The notes under the pieces were generated by a model. The model was given only the letters and a program-made list of their open reading frames with translations, did no database searches and was not told the DNA's origin. Shown here piece after piece: positions 21,779 to 34,817 of a stretch of DNA of 64,000 bases. This DNA is from Massalongia carnosa (taxonomy: Eukaryota), in NCBI GenBank assembly GCA_965645245.1, contig OZ287073.1, positions 1,488,001 through 1,552,000 of the forward strand. The letters run 5' to 3'. A program made the translations under genes and the position numbers. Position 1 is the stretch's first letter, and the number at the start of each line of letters is the position of its first letter.

Positions 21779-24700
21779 CGGTAAAAAAAAATTAAAAACC
21801 TGCCTGCGGAGAATCGGAAAATCTTTGAACTTATTGATGAATAAGTTTCCGAGAAAACCCTGTCTGTGTACTAGAAAAACTTTAAGGGGGCCACAGCATC
21901 GTCGCTGAGTCATTTATCTCTCTGCTCAACCCTGCGAAATGAACGACTTTTCATTTTGAAAAAATTTTATCCAACCCGTTTGCTAGATATCGAGTCTCTC
22001 CATTGTACCTTTACAGCTGTATCATAGTTTCTTTTATAAAAATAATCCATAACGTCGACCCAGCAGTTTAAAAGACATTAAGTGTTAAAGAAATATGAAG
22101 CCCTTGAGAGAAATTGTGGTGATCATTTTACTAAATGCTGTGTTTGACTTCTTCGGCATAAAACGTCTCTTTATCTTTGCTTGTTACGTCAAGCATGATT
22201 TTCGACAGATCTGTTTTATGCTCAACCGCAAATCCAAGTGATCAAGGCGATTGACAATAGGTTATTCCAGTCAACCCACTTTACAAATACCAAGTAAGAC
22301 TTCATTCATCTTCCAAATAGGCCTTGAGTAAATAGGTTTCAATTCAAAATTCCTAAATAAAGCTAGACGTCTCCAAGCCAACTTCAGCGTTAGCATCTAA
22401 TATTTCTGAGTTGTTATTTTTCACGTCTCGTGGCCAATGTTTAAAGATTTGAATCTTCCAAAACACACAAATCCAATGAAGATATGCTCGAGCATGCTCA
22501 ACGCTCAACATTGTATAAGTTAATCAGAACATAAAACATACAGCCCCATCCCAGAAATCCCAGGCTAGTTCTTCTACCGTCGCACTTCATTGCTAGCACG
22601 CTCCTCGAACCCCTTCAAGAGCCCCTACAAACACATGAAGATGTGTTTTCCCCCAGATAAATGCCCTATTCTACTCCACTCCTATTTCTATTTCGGGGTT
22701 CACAGGACGAATACTCAGCGATATTTCAGCTTTCTCTCTCTGGCACAGAGACCACCCGCCCCACGTCTCAGAAATCTGCATCACCCAGCCCCTATTCTTC
22801 GCGTATCGAGATGTTCGTTCTCTGTCTGTCATGTTCAATTGACCTGGTTGTCTCCTACTCACCGTACCAGGAGTTCTGGAAAATCAATGGTAATACAAAA
22901 AAACGGAGTGGCTTCTATGCGCTAGGGAACGGTGCAATAGGAAAATGCCCGAGGGCTGGACTCCTACAAAGGACGGGCGAAATTTTCCTTTTTTCGCTTC
23001 AAGTAGGGAGCCAACAAGGACCGAAGAACGGATCCCCACTCCGCTAGCTGAGCTTCCTCCTTCAGAGGGCCGATATCCTTTTAAAAAAGGGTTGAAATAG
23101 GTTTAGAATGGATGCAGGGGTTAGTAGTGTATAGGATGGGCGGTTGCAGGAGCAGATTTCATACTGGTTTCAAGGGAGGGAGGGGGAGGGAGGGGGAGGG
23201 AGGGGTTTTTGGGAAGGGCCTTGCATTGCTGTAAGAGCGGGAAAGGTGTAAGATGGAGAGGGCAGGGGGAGAAAGAGATGCGGAGAGCCGATAGCGAGGT
23301 TTCGATGGGGCAATACTTCTGAAGTGTGCGGTGTTCTATTCAGGGGGTTTGTGATAATGAAAAACGAAAAATGGAAAGAGTCTATAACCTGGATAAACTC
23401 CTCCCCCCCCCCCTTTCTCTCGTTTTCGCGTTTCGTCTATTTTCCTTTTTTCCATCTTCCCCTTCCGGCCTTTCAGATCTCAAACCGCGAAAGCGAAAAC
23501 GAAAGACGACGACGAAGGAGAAAGGGGTTTTATTAAGAGGGAGGATTGGACTGGGGAAGGAAGAAGAAGAACGAGAGAAACAACTGAATCAAGGGGAATT
23601 CGAAAATTTTTTATCCACCCCCCCTCAAAAAAACAAAGAAACAGACAGACAGACAGACACACACACAAGAATCTAACCCTAACCCCGAATATGATTTACA
23701 AGATATTGTGGTTAGAAAACGCAAGCTCTCGGAAGTCTGTTTGTTCCGTCCCGGAAGAAGGCAAAGGGACTCATAAAGGGGATTCAGACCTCAGGATAGC
23801 CCATCAATCATTCTTTCTATGCAAAAAACACCTACAGACTGCCCATCGAGCAGTAAGTTCTCCCTTTTGTGTCCACCGTAGGCTCTCCGTGCCTAGTGCT
23901 GAGCCGTGCTTCGCACTCCTCTGCTCTCTCTACCTGCCCCAGGTCATCTGATTCGCACTCCCACCTAATACCCCTCTTCAATATGTAACCCTAGCCAAGG
24001 CAAATCCTCGTTAACCCCTCAACAACAACAACCCTTAGGGTCTTGTTCCCGGGCACAGTCCCTGATTAGAAAACGATGAACTTGGTAAGTACGTAGCCTG
24101 GGAAAAATTCATGCCTAAAGGTTCAAGGGGAGGGGGGGGAGCATATTTGGAGATTCTGGATGGAGGGGGATTTACTTGGGAGATTGGGTAGGTGAATGAT
24201 GAGGAAGAGGATGATCTACAGAGAATCGAAGATACAGTCATTGCACAGCCTCCCGAATTCCCGAGCAAGGAAGATAACTAGTGCTTTCTTGACGGACCCT
24301 AACATTGTACTTCTCCATCCTGCCCAAAGGAGAGTGAAGAAAAAGAAAATCGATAGATCTCAGCAAAACCACACGCTTGCCATCAAATTTGTGGATTGCT
24401 GCAAACTTTCTCTACGGGTTTAGCTTCTCTGCTGGTGGGAGAAAATATCTACACGAGTTATTTCGGGCGTTCTCGCTCTGAACATCGCGGTTGCGCGAAC
24501 CGGGGCTTTCTGCTCGTGAGAATTCTAGTTCTCGGTAGAGTGGAGGAGGAGGAGGGGGTTGGGGAACACATAGGTGGTGAGAAGAAATGCGATTGGAGTG
24601 AAGACATGTCATCTCATTGGAGGGAATAAGGTCTATGCCGTCGGAAAAGACAAAAGGCCGTGCTTGCCTGAGTACCACGTGAAGGTGTAGGGAGTTGGTG

Positions 24701-27700
24701 TTGACATGATTTCCGTTGTGGAATCCTGTCGAACGTGCGTGGACTAGCCACCCCAATCCATTGAAGAGCGTATTGGCAGCTCCTCAAATGCTGTATACTT
24801 CGGCGAAGATGACTCGCAAACCTGTAAGCGGGAAGCTGGTTGTCTAATTGAGTGAATGTCTCTACTCTGTAGAGCTAGAGGTGGAGGCCAGCCTAAAATA
24901 CTCAGGTCGTTCTTTGATGTGATTTGAATCCTCCCTTTCATGCTATTTTCACGCCATTTCTTCTTGCAAAGGCTAAGGTGAGCCAGGATACCCATATAGT
25001 TAACTCGTTCGTATCGAAGATTGAAGTGGAGTCAAGCAATGATTTGGAAGAACGAAAGAAACGAAATGACGAGTAATCGAATACCAGATGATATTCAAAC
25101 CAACACCGGATTTGGAATGAAACGATACAGCCACGGTAATGTCTCAGCATGGCTTACGCGAATAGAGATTGCAAACGACGGCATAGATGTTTCTAATTCA
25201 TGTGTAAGCTCAGAACAAGACCTGCCTCAGTAAGAGGGGAGGCGAATAACCGTATCAAGGTATTGAAACCTTGGCAGGCATCCGGATTCATCTAATCACA
25301 ACCAATTTGTGTCTGCGCTGGGCTTTGGGTTCGACCTTGTCTGGTTGTTCCCTGTCGAGCAAAGTAAAAAGTCAGATTAAGCAATCTTGATGGTGATTAC
25401 CTAAAGTTGACATCAATCAAAATGTGAGAACCTCCATCTTATCCTGGCGCTTTTCGATCTCGCCATCCCCGTCCCGTAACCGTTAGGACGTATCGCAGCG
25501 ATACGTACGTCCTTACTCCGAAGCGGAAAGCGCTGGGCGTTGGAGTCTTGTGTTTCAGACCTGGGCTAAGAAGCGGTCCGAAAACGGGAAGGACATGATC
25601 CGAAAGGAGAAAGTCGCAGATGGATCTAATCTCTGGAAGAATGATAATCTCGCTTGGCACGGCGAAGATGGAAGCTTCAATAAAGCGTCCAGAATCCGGC
25701 AAGCCGCTACAGGGTCTAGCATGCAGGAACCAAATATTTGCAAGAACCATTTGTGGAAACTGTTATTGTTAAAGCGATCCACAATCTCAATGGGGTTTGG
25801 TTGCTGGATCGTCTGATAAACCCCTGAATCGCTCCAAAATCGACACTGAAGGGTCCCATCGAGCCATCAAGGGACTTGTAAGATTTTCCCACTAAAAATT
25901 GAGATTCACACACTAGACAGCGACTCCCCGTTCTACGAGCTCGTGCAATGGAGAGGTGAAGCCACCTGCGTTGCGGAAACGTATCGAGCGCAACCAGAGA
26001 CTAAAATGGATAGCGGCTACCACTTGGCTCTTGTGGCGCCGGAATAACTCCATAGACCTTGTTCACTGTAGGAAGCATATGTTCTCTGAATGTTCTAGAG
26101 CCCAAGGATACGCCTGCCTTGAAGCCATGTACGGCATGCTCTCGAAACCCATGCAGAGCCTCACGAGACCTACGCACCCGCTCGGAGAGATTCAATTGTT
26201 TCAGCAGCAAAGTCGAAACATCAAGGGCGGATTATGGCTTGGCATATTTGATTCAAAGGCGAGGCGGCAACTGAGCAAAAGCTTTCCTTGTAAGATATCG
26301 AACATCCTGGGAGTGAAGCGACTCTGGCTACGCACCCCCGTGCATGACCGGGATAGCCGTTGATGGACAACGGCTGCTTACATGGTTTGAATCATGAACA
26401 AATTAAACGACATTGTCATCTCTTGAGGTGGTTACGTCGTAAATCTCTGCAAAAATAAAGCGCACTAGCATAGAAACCCATGATCGTTGTTGTATTCTCC
26501 GAAGAGTAACAGCAGGCGGCATGACCGAATTTGGCTCGTAGGCGGCGCTGACGGTTACGGGAGAATGTTCTTCGGTAGGATTTGTACAACGTTCCCCTAG
26601 GTAAGCAGTATGAACGGCACTGCGATCTGAAACGCCCATGCTTCGACGCGAGACTCAATGCAGGTATACATTTGATGCAGAGTGCAAGCCGCTGAGGCTT
26701 GGCGTAGTGCCATACGCCTATCATAACCTATCCCCGTGATGTGTAAAGGAGGAAGCGAAGCCTAATTGAGCTCCCTGTTCATACTATAAATGGCCTGCAT
26801 AATGCTGATAGAGATGGTACACCCGCTGATCTGTCAGGATTTAAGGGAAGCAACTAAGCTCTGACCAATGACCCTTGGGTATCCGAATCATACCTTGAAC
26901 AGCGGACCTCCCATGGAACTAAAAAGCAATTTGATGAAGTACACTGTACCCTGTCACCTAGGGATTTCCTGCAGGTCTGGCGCCACCACCAGCCTCGCAG
27001 GATTTGTATGGGTCCTCATGTGCCGTGTGAAGATATAATTTCTTCTTCCCTCCTTGCTGAGAATGTCTGTACGTCGAGACTGGATAGTTGGAGATTAAGA
27101 ACCTGACGGACTCGTCCTGTAACTGCAGCTGATATGATACGGTTCTCTCTATAGCCGGAAGTAGCTTTTGTTCTACTATCGAATCTCCTCAACAAGTTAC
27201 GGTAGAAAAGGGTCTTAACCATTCAGGTAGCCTTGGGCGATCTCACCTTGCGGCGCATCTGAAGATAGCCTTGTGCCCTGAGAAAAAGGAATGCGTGCTA
27301 CAGGCGACAAAGGCATTCGGTCTTGTCAAGAATCGAAAGAAGTTAAGAAAAAGTAAATATCTTATCAAAGGGTCTTATGCATGGAGATGGCAGCTGTTCG
27401 GTTAACCCTTGCCCAAGCAGCTTAGATAGGTACTCTGTACTCTGTAGTTTGATTCAGTATGCAGCTTGGAAATGATGTGGTGCAGCTTATTCAACACGCA
27501 GAACTGATCAGGCCCAAACGGGCTGTCTACCTAAAGTAGCATCTTCGGCGCCATTGACGAAGGTTAGAGCTCATCGATATGTTGTACAGAGTACGAACGT
27601 AACAATCATGAATTTAGGTACTATGGCCAACCCTGCTCATCCGCGTTCATGGGAGATGCTATCGCAAAAATAAAAATAAAAAGACCTGAAAAGTAAAATA

Positions 27701-29699
27701 AAGTCTTAACCACCTGATGGATCGTTTTTCCCCATGATGAAGATCTTCTACGTTGCCAAACGTTCATGAGGCATTAACAACTGGCTTCGCTGGTGTACAG
27801 AATAGGGTTTAAAATACCTAGGGGTAAATAGCGTAAGGCGAATACGTTCCCTTGCTGGGGTCCTCCGTCGTCGTTGTGATTGGCGGGCATATGTCCTGCC
27901 AGGCTAGATAAATCCCTTGCGATGATCGACAACGAAGAGAACCATGAGCCTTCCTGCCTTAGCGTCAATTACTTTGCCGTAGATTCCGTCATTTGGGTAA
28001 CGTGGAGCGTTCCACCAGAACCACTATCCCATGGCAGACAAACTGGTAATAGAAGTACATAAGATTAGAGACATCAAAAACAACAGCCGCTGGTAAACCA
28101 TCTCTCTGCCTAGATATTCAGGTAATTGTAGGGTGCGTCGGAGAAACATCAATATGCAGATCTTTAGCATCTAGACGCTATATTGGATTCTCCGTCGCTG
28201 TATACGTTTCTATAGTCTTTGTTTACATTGTACTCCGAAGCAGAATAACACTCCGAGCAAAGTAACTCCGGATGCTGCGTGTTGAATTTCAGATGAAAGT
28301 CATTTCCGTCAAAATTGAGGACGTGCTCCTGGAGATGAATTCGTTATTTCAGGGTCCATAACCGTTCGCTAGGGAGTGAAATATGTACGTCAGCCTCTCC
28401 TGGCCGCTGATCATGCAAGCGCCACAAGGATCGACCATGGGGAGAAGCCAATAACCAATCACCGAGTAGAAGTTGGAAGCGACCGACACTCATGATAAGC
28501 CTGGGGAAATCAACCAGCAAGACAGCATTATTGGGGGCAGGTTTGTAGATGAGTTCTGCGTACCTTGTAGCAACAACGGTTACTCTCTATCACCATCGTG
28601 GGCAGCTGGTGAGGGGAGGCAGATTTTAGCCGTAGAGCGGGTGAGAGTGACGCCAGAAGTCTTTCTTGGTCAGTCGTAGCGTGCTGTGCTAACCAGGGAT
28701 GACCCCCTTCTTCCAGAACCTATACGTAGCAACTAAAAAAGCCGCTTGATCGGCGCCGAATGGATACTTTCGAACAATTCGATGGTGTTTGTTGCTGAGA
28801 ATTGCATCGTTCGGCGTCTGGAGCAGCAGGCCGAATGAAAGCTTGCTCGATTCCTGCTTTGAGGGAACACAACCCATCAGTATCTTCTAGTCCTCAGCGC
28901 TCAAGCCATGGGACGGAGTGGTCCTGGAACATCTCCAAGTTTTCAACGCCTCCAACTTTGATAGTTGATGAACCACTTTCAGCAATATTACGGAACTCGA
29001 GTCGCTAAGGCTCTCGATGCCGTTACGCACCCCTTCCTTCCCGAGGGGTTCTGAACCCTGGAGTCTCAACCATTTCCGAACAGTCCCATAGAGCTGGTCA
29101 GGCCGTTTTTTTCTTGCGGAGCTTTCCTTTTGCGCTTTGGCATTTGACTAGACCCTTGGAGGCATAAAAAGAAAAGAAGAAAAAAACCACTGTTTGCTAA
29201 AGCTTCTCCAGCAACTCAAGGCATACCTGTATGTTCCAAAGTAGAAGACCCCGTACCTTCCGCGACTCCCAGGACTCAACTATCTCCCCATCCCCCCCAC
29301 TCACAGCACCTGCTTGTCAAAAGCCGCATGCATCCCACTTTCACAGATCCAATCCCACATAAATACTCTCGAACCAGATCGTTCGTTAGACATCTAGCCT
29401 TGTGTATATCCTGCCCAATTGATCACACCTACACAACGTCATTGCCGCCATCTCTTTCCACGACTAGACCATCTTGACCTTCAGATTGCCCTTGAACGCC
29501 CCTTTCCCCACGAGCGCTCCCACCCAATTAATTCCTGCAAAACTCTCATCCTTCATCGGCTTTGCTTGAAATTGATCGGGTTGTGGCATCAAAAAGTGGT
29601 CGGCGACGGGGTTATTGCGGTGCTGGTTGATAAATTGTTTCTCCGTGAATTGAAATCAATTTACTGGCTTTTGGGTGGTTAGGGTGGAAATCGGACACT

Positions 29700-30854
29700 A
29701 TGTACGGAGAAGACTCATCCGGGCGGAAAGTGTCGTTACTCAACAACGACGAATCCTCCAAGAAACCATCACGGCCACGACTGCTCAGCTACAGCCATAA
29801 ATCACGATCCTCCGTCTCGTCGTCGATGTCCAGGGAAGACTTTCACTCATTATCATCCTCCAGTAATTCCGTTTCGCCCGGCATCTCACCCTCGACGCCT
29901 CAGCTCTTCCACCTCGATCCCTTACCTGCTCTCGGTACGCGCTCCACACCGTCCCCCATGACGCCCGGCTATCCTTTTGATCCGATGGAGCAGTCGAAGA
30001 ACCCTTCGCCATACTACAGCTACCATCGCCCTCCCAGCGGACAGAGCTACCCGGCGATGCCGCAGTCGCAAGACCCCGTTGCGCAGCCGTATTACCACCT
30101 GGCCTCTCATCGTATGCAAGACATGGAAATGGACAGCGCGTACCCACTAAACAGAACAACTCTTCAGCCTCTTCAATCACGAATATCCTACGTTAATTCC
30201 GACCCCACCATCGCCCTCTCCCCGCCCACCTCGATAACCACGCCCGTAATTCCGCCCTCGGCCTCCTCCACGTCCACCGCCACCACTCCTACCAACGCCT
30301 CCTCCAAACCCACGAAGAAGAAGTATCCGTGCCCGCATGCTGCCCGCTACGCTTGCCGCGATACCTTCACCACCTCGGGCCACGCCGCTCGCCATGGCAA
30401 GAAACACACGGGCGAGAAAAATATCCTCTGCCCCACCTGCCATAAAGCCTTCACCCGCAAAGACAATATGAAGCAGCACGAGCGCACCCATAAACCCTCC
30501 CGCCTGGACGCCCCTTCGCCCACCGCGGTCACGGGAAAACTCCACACGTCTGCTTCCCGCCGCCGGCTTGCCGCGCCCCGGTCGCGATCCTCGTCGCAGC
30601 CACTGATGGATCATGAGCAGCAGCAGCATTCTCCCCGCCGTGGGGACCTCTCACTGCGGCAGCCCATGCAGTACCGCGCGGATATGGGCGACCTGATACA
30701 GAACGTCACACCGAGTATCGAGCTTGGGTCGGAACACCCAGCCCTCTCAATCCGCATGGGTAGCACGAGTAGCCGAAGCGATGAGGACGGCGAAGGCGAA
30801 AGCCCCGGGCTGGACGCGCTAGCCACGGCCGCGAGCGAAATGGTGGATGTGTGA
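29700..30854 (+). CDS. C2H2 zinc-finger transcription factor, Nrg1-like fingers
   Basis: Two fingers [50 protein letters not shown]; S/P-rich low complexity; C-terminal LDALATAA. Confidence 0.9.
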   Translation: [384 protein letters not shown]

Positions 30855-33800
30855 AGACATATCTATCGAATCTCGCAAGACGAAAATAACGACCTGAATA
30901 CCTTTTCCCTGCTCATTTGATTCTCGGTCTCCATCTCTCTTCCCCAACCCTAGGGACCTGATTTCTTTCCCGGCACTTGAGTTGGGATAAAGATACCCGT
31001 GCTTTGCAACTATTGTATATTTCCCTTTTTACTTCCTCACAGGAAACGGAGGGTGTGGGGGGTGGAGGGACTTAAACGCTTCTACTAGAATTTTGTGGGG
31101 AGAGGGTCTCAACGGCGATGGAGGCAGGCCCATACACATTATTTTTATTTTCTAATAGTGTGGTCTTTTTCTTTTTGTACAGAAAAAACACACCACAAGT
31201 ACACTGTTCCCCTCCTCCGAACCTACTTGCTTTCAGGGGGAGGCTTTTGCGGCCGAACCTGCTGAAGCGAAACCTTGGATATGCAGCAGCGGAGGGCGAC
31301 TGAAATACTTAACTTATAACGAATTTCTGAAAAGAGCGAAGACTTGCAATATCACAGTTGATCCTCATGTTTCCACGTGTTCCCAAAGACTTGTTGATTC
31401 GGAAATTACTAGTCGGCGGAACTGATATTTCTCCTCCTGGCTTCACCCCGCAGAGATTTTAGCTACTTAGCGTTCCTCCCCCCTTCCGTTTCTAGTTGCT
31501 TCAACGCCCATCTCTACGGAATATTCCTATACACGGAAAAAACCAGCTCCTTTTTGTCTTTTCAAAGCCCCCGAAGCTTGATTTGAAATCACCTAAAAGC
31601 TTGCCATGTCCTCCATAAAGGCAGATGCATATGTTCTCGCAATTCCCATTAACCCTACCATTGCACTGCGTAACGTGTCACAGAAAGCTAAAACTGATAA
31701 CTTCTACAACTGACAACTAAAAGCATACCCTTACGCCCGCCAGTGACCGATGCAGAAACCCCCTGTTTTGGCGCCCCTTTTGGAGGCTTAACTAGCCCCC
31801 AAGGGAAGCCTCAAGTCTTCTCCCCCAAGCTGGAGGAACAGCCCATTCTTGAGAACAGTTACATAAAACCCAAAGGGCACATCTACATGAACACGGGTCA
31901 TTGCTACAAGGAGGAGGGAGGCTGGCCGTTTCTCGCCATAATTGCCATGTCGTGCGAAATCGTTAGGCCAGATGCTGATCGACAAGGGTACTTCCCAGGC
32001 TCCATCAATTGCGTCACATCAGGCTATAGAAGCCTAAAAGGGGGGACCCTTGCGCGCCCGCCGCGCAACGACCTTCTCTCCGAAGAGAACGTGCGTGGAT
32101 TGCCAGTAAGGTATGGCATCGGCAGGCAGATACTTTGGCCCCGTGTGCAGGAGCCGGCAGCAAGGATGGCCCCACATTTGATATGTAGGTACAGACTACA
32201 AGAAGGAGAACAGGCCAGGGTATGTATGTAGGCAGTTGCGTTGGAGCTGTAGTGCCAAACCTTATTGTGTTTTCCGATGCTGCAGGTGGAGCGGCGCAAG
32301 ATGAAGAGGGCAACAAGGGACTGGGATGGTGATTGGACCTAATGGAACGAGCAAGCTGGTTCAGCAGGGTTGATTCGAGTATGGATGGGAGACTGGTGAT
32401 GGTAGTTTTCATGAAACGTCATGGAAGCGATATGGAAGGCCTGGAAAACTGAAGTGAGGTATTAAAGCTTGATCTTCAACTGAATTGATTAGTCGTAAGC
32501 GCGATCCTAGGTTGATTTTAGGCTACGCTAGAAATGGGTATGGGAGAAGGGGGCAACACGGGTGCCGGGTGGAAGGGGACGGAGTGGGATTCACTAGGTC
32601 CTGGCTTTTACCAGTTTCAGAGTGACTTATGTTTCCGTTTAGCAGATGGGATGAAGCCTGACAGACCCCAGCTCACTTCTCCATCACGAGTCTGGAGGGA
32701 GGCTGACTCTCCTTGTAGTTTACCTCTGTCTCACCATCTGGCCCTGAATTTTAGGCGGAAGAGGGTCTCTAGGTTTAAATTGAGTGCGCCGCTCACATGT
32801 TTGCTTTTTCCTGACTGGATCGTGTGCCGTGTTTACCCTTTTTCGTCGCAGTTTAATTGGCTGTTCATTCGAGGGGTCCGACTGATTTGCTTTTTCATAT
32901 ACAGCAAGATAATCTGCCTTGTGCAGATGACCTGCGTTGTCCAAAACCGCGAGTGAAAGCTTGTATTGGTCCTTAGGTTATTACGCTTCGGGAGTGCCAG
33001 CCAAAACTCCATTATTTCTCCTCGGCCTTATAACCGTCTAAGTAGTCCCTGCGCTCAACTTGCAATCCTTGGAATCTAAGCGCCATCGAGAAGAGTCAAG
33101 CGTCGGCAAGAATTTGTCCTATTTCTACGCTAGCAGCACACATCGTCGAAAGTCATGGAGCCATAAGCTGCCCCAACCTGATGAACCGATCTATCGCTAA
33201 GATTAGGGTCCATCGTCCGTTCGCTTTTCTTAGTAGTTGCGTTATTTATGCTCAACCTGAAGAAAGACAATCGTTCAATAACCACAAACTCCGTACTGAC
33301 GAGGGGTCCGAACGTCTTGACGGCAAAACGCCTGAGGGATGGTGAAAACGGCGCACGCCCAAAAGGTACATAATCTGCAAGGCACCACAGCATTTGGGAT
33401 GAGAGTTATGGACGTAAGAGGTGATTAGCAAATGCCGACATGGAGAAGCACACGTAAGCTCCAATTCTGTCCGCAGCTCCTCCTCTATGATGTGGGTCTC
33501 ATAGTAATTGATGTCAGGCCATAACGGTTTAATTTCTACCAAAGCCATGCTGACTAGTATTCGTCATCATGTCTTGAACGTCTCATAAAAAGATCTTCGA
33601 AACTCGAGATATGAAACTACTTTTCAACAGTTTAAGGTCTGATCATAAAGCTTAGGAAAACTTTTACCTGTTCAAATTATAGAAGCTCACGAAGAAATTA
33701 TAAACGAGGCAGAGCGCAGCAAGACAAGCTTTGGGTTACATTCTATGCGTTCAAACTGAACGAGAGAGAGCATGAAAGGCTTGACTATGAAAGGGAAAAT

Positions 33801-34817
33801 AATCTGTCAAAGCAAAGGCGAATAGTGAATGATATACAATACATAAGATGATCCAGCTTTTCGTGATTGCCGGAGTGGACCTGAAGTACCCACCAATTAG
33901 CACTAATGCTAATCGTGAACCCATGCTATGAACACATATTCAGTGTGAACAGAGAAGTCCTTGCAACGATGACAGTGAATGAAGCGTACCGAAAACTTTC
34001 AACGAAGTTTCAACGAAGCAAAAAGTCGTGAGAATTGTGACTTTAATCCTGCTGTAAGCATGCCTAAGAATTTCGGACGTTGTCATCTTATTGTTTTCGT
34101 TCGGGACGTTACCTTCCAGGGATCGTCGATGCTATCATAAGGCCACTGAACCCACGTTATGAGCTAGATGCAGGAGTCCCTTTACTTTTGCTCCAAGCTT
34201 GACTCGTAAGGTTACAGCTGCCTTGTACGATGCAAGGGACAACCATGCACAGTGGCAAAAAGGAGTGCTTGGGTTTATGTGGGAAAGCTACTCCGTGCAG
34301 CCGACCAAGATGAGCCGGATGCTGATGACTGCATGGTTAGACTCATCGTTAGTAAGTACACCATCGCGATCGATATTCGAATATTGCATCTATTATGGGT
34401 AGATGCTTGGGTGATCGTGATGCATACTTTCATGCCTGCTATGCCGTCCTGCATTTTGGTTACGCCAGTGCCAAGTTTTCTAGAATGAAATCGGTCTAAG
34501 CCTAATTATGAGGTTAGCTCTCAGGTCCACAAGGCACAAGGAGGTGTAAAGCACAAATTTACCAGTTACTCTTTGGGAAGGATTATGGCTGTGTCAAGGT
34601 GTCAAGGTGTCAAGGAAGCGTTTAGGTCAGTGAACAGAATGGTAGTTTTTGAAACAGAAATAGCCAGAAGGACAACTTTACGGCGCTAGCAAATTAGTCG
34701 TATTTTTATTATAAGGTAAGTTCCGAAAAGCTTCATGATCCAACAGCAACAAGCAGCTGTAAAGAATAGAGGGCCTCAGCTATTCGCACCTTAAGAGGCC
34801 ATAAAACATATTAAAGT

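Noticed and set aside
1..22000. Possible Starship or secondary-metabolite cluster
   Set aside because: No tyrosine-recombinase captain, PKS, NRPS or terpene synthase is visible; the enzymes are scattered and interleaved with a conserved gene
23673..23686. CTAACCCTAACCC telomere-like pair
   Set aside because: Only two units; expected by chance in low-complexity intergenic DNA
31743..33548. Several 90-160 aa ORFs downstream of the TF
   Set aside because: No motifs, no consistent splice structure, overlapping on both strands
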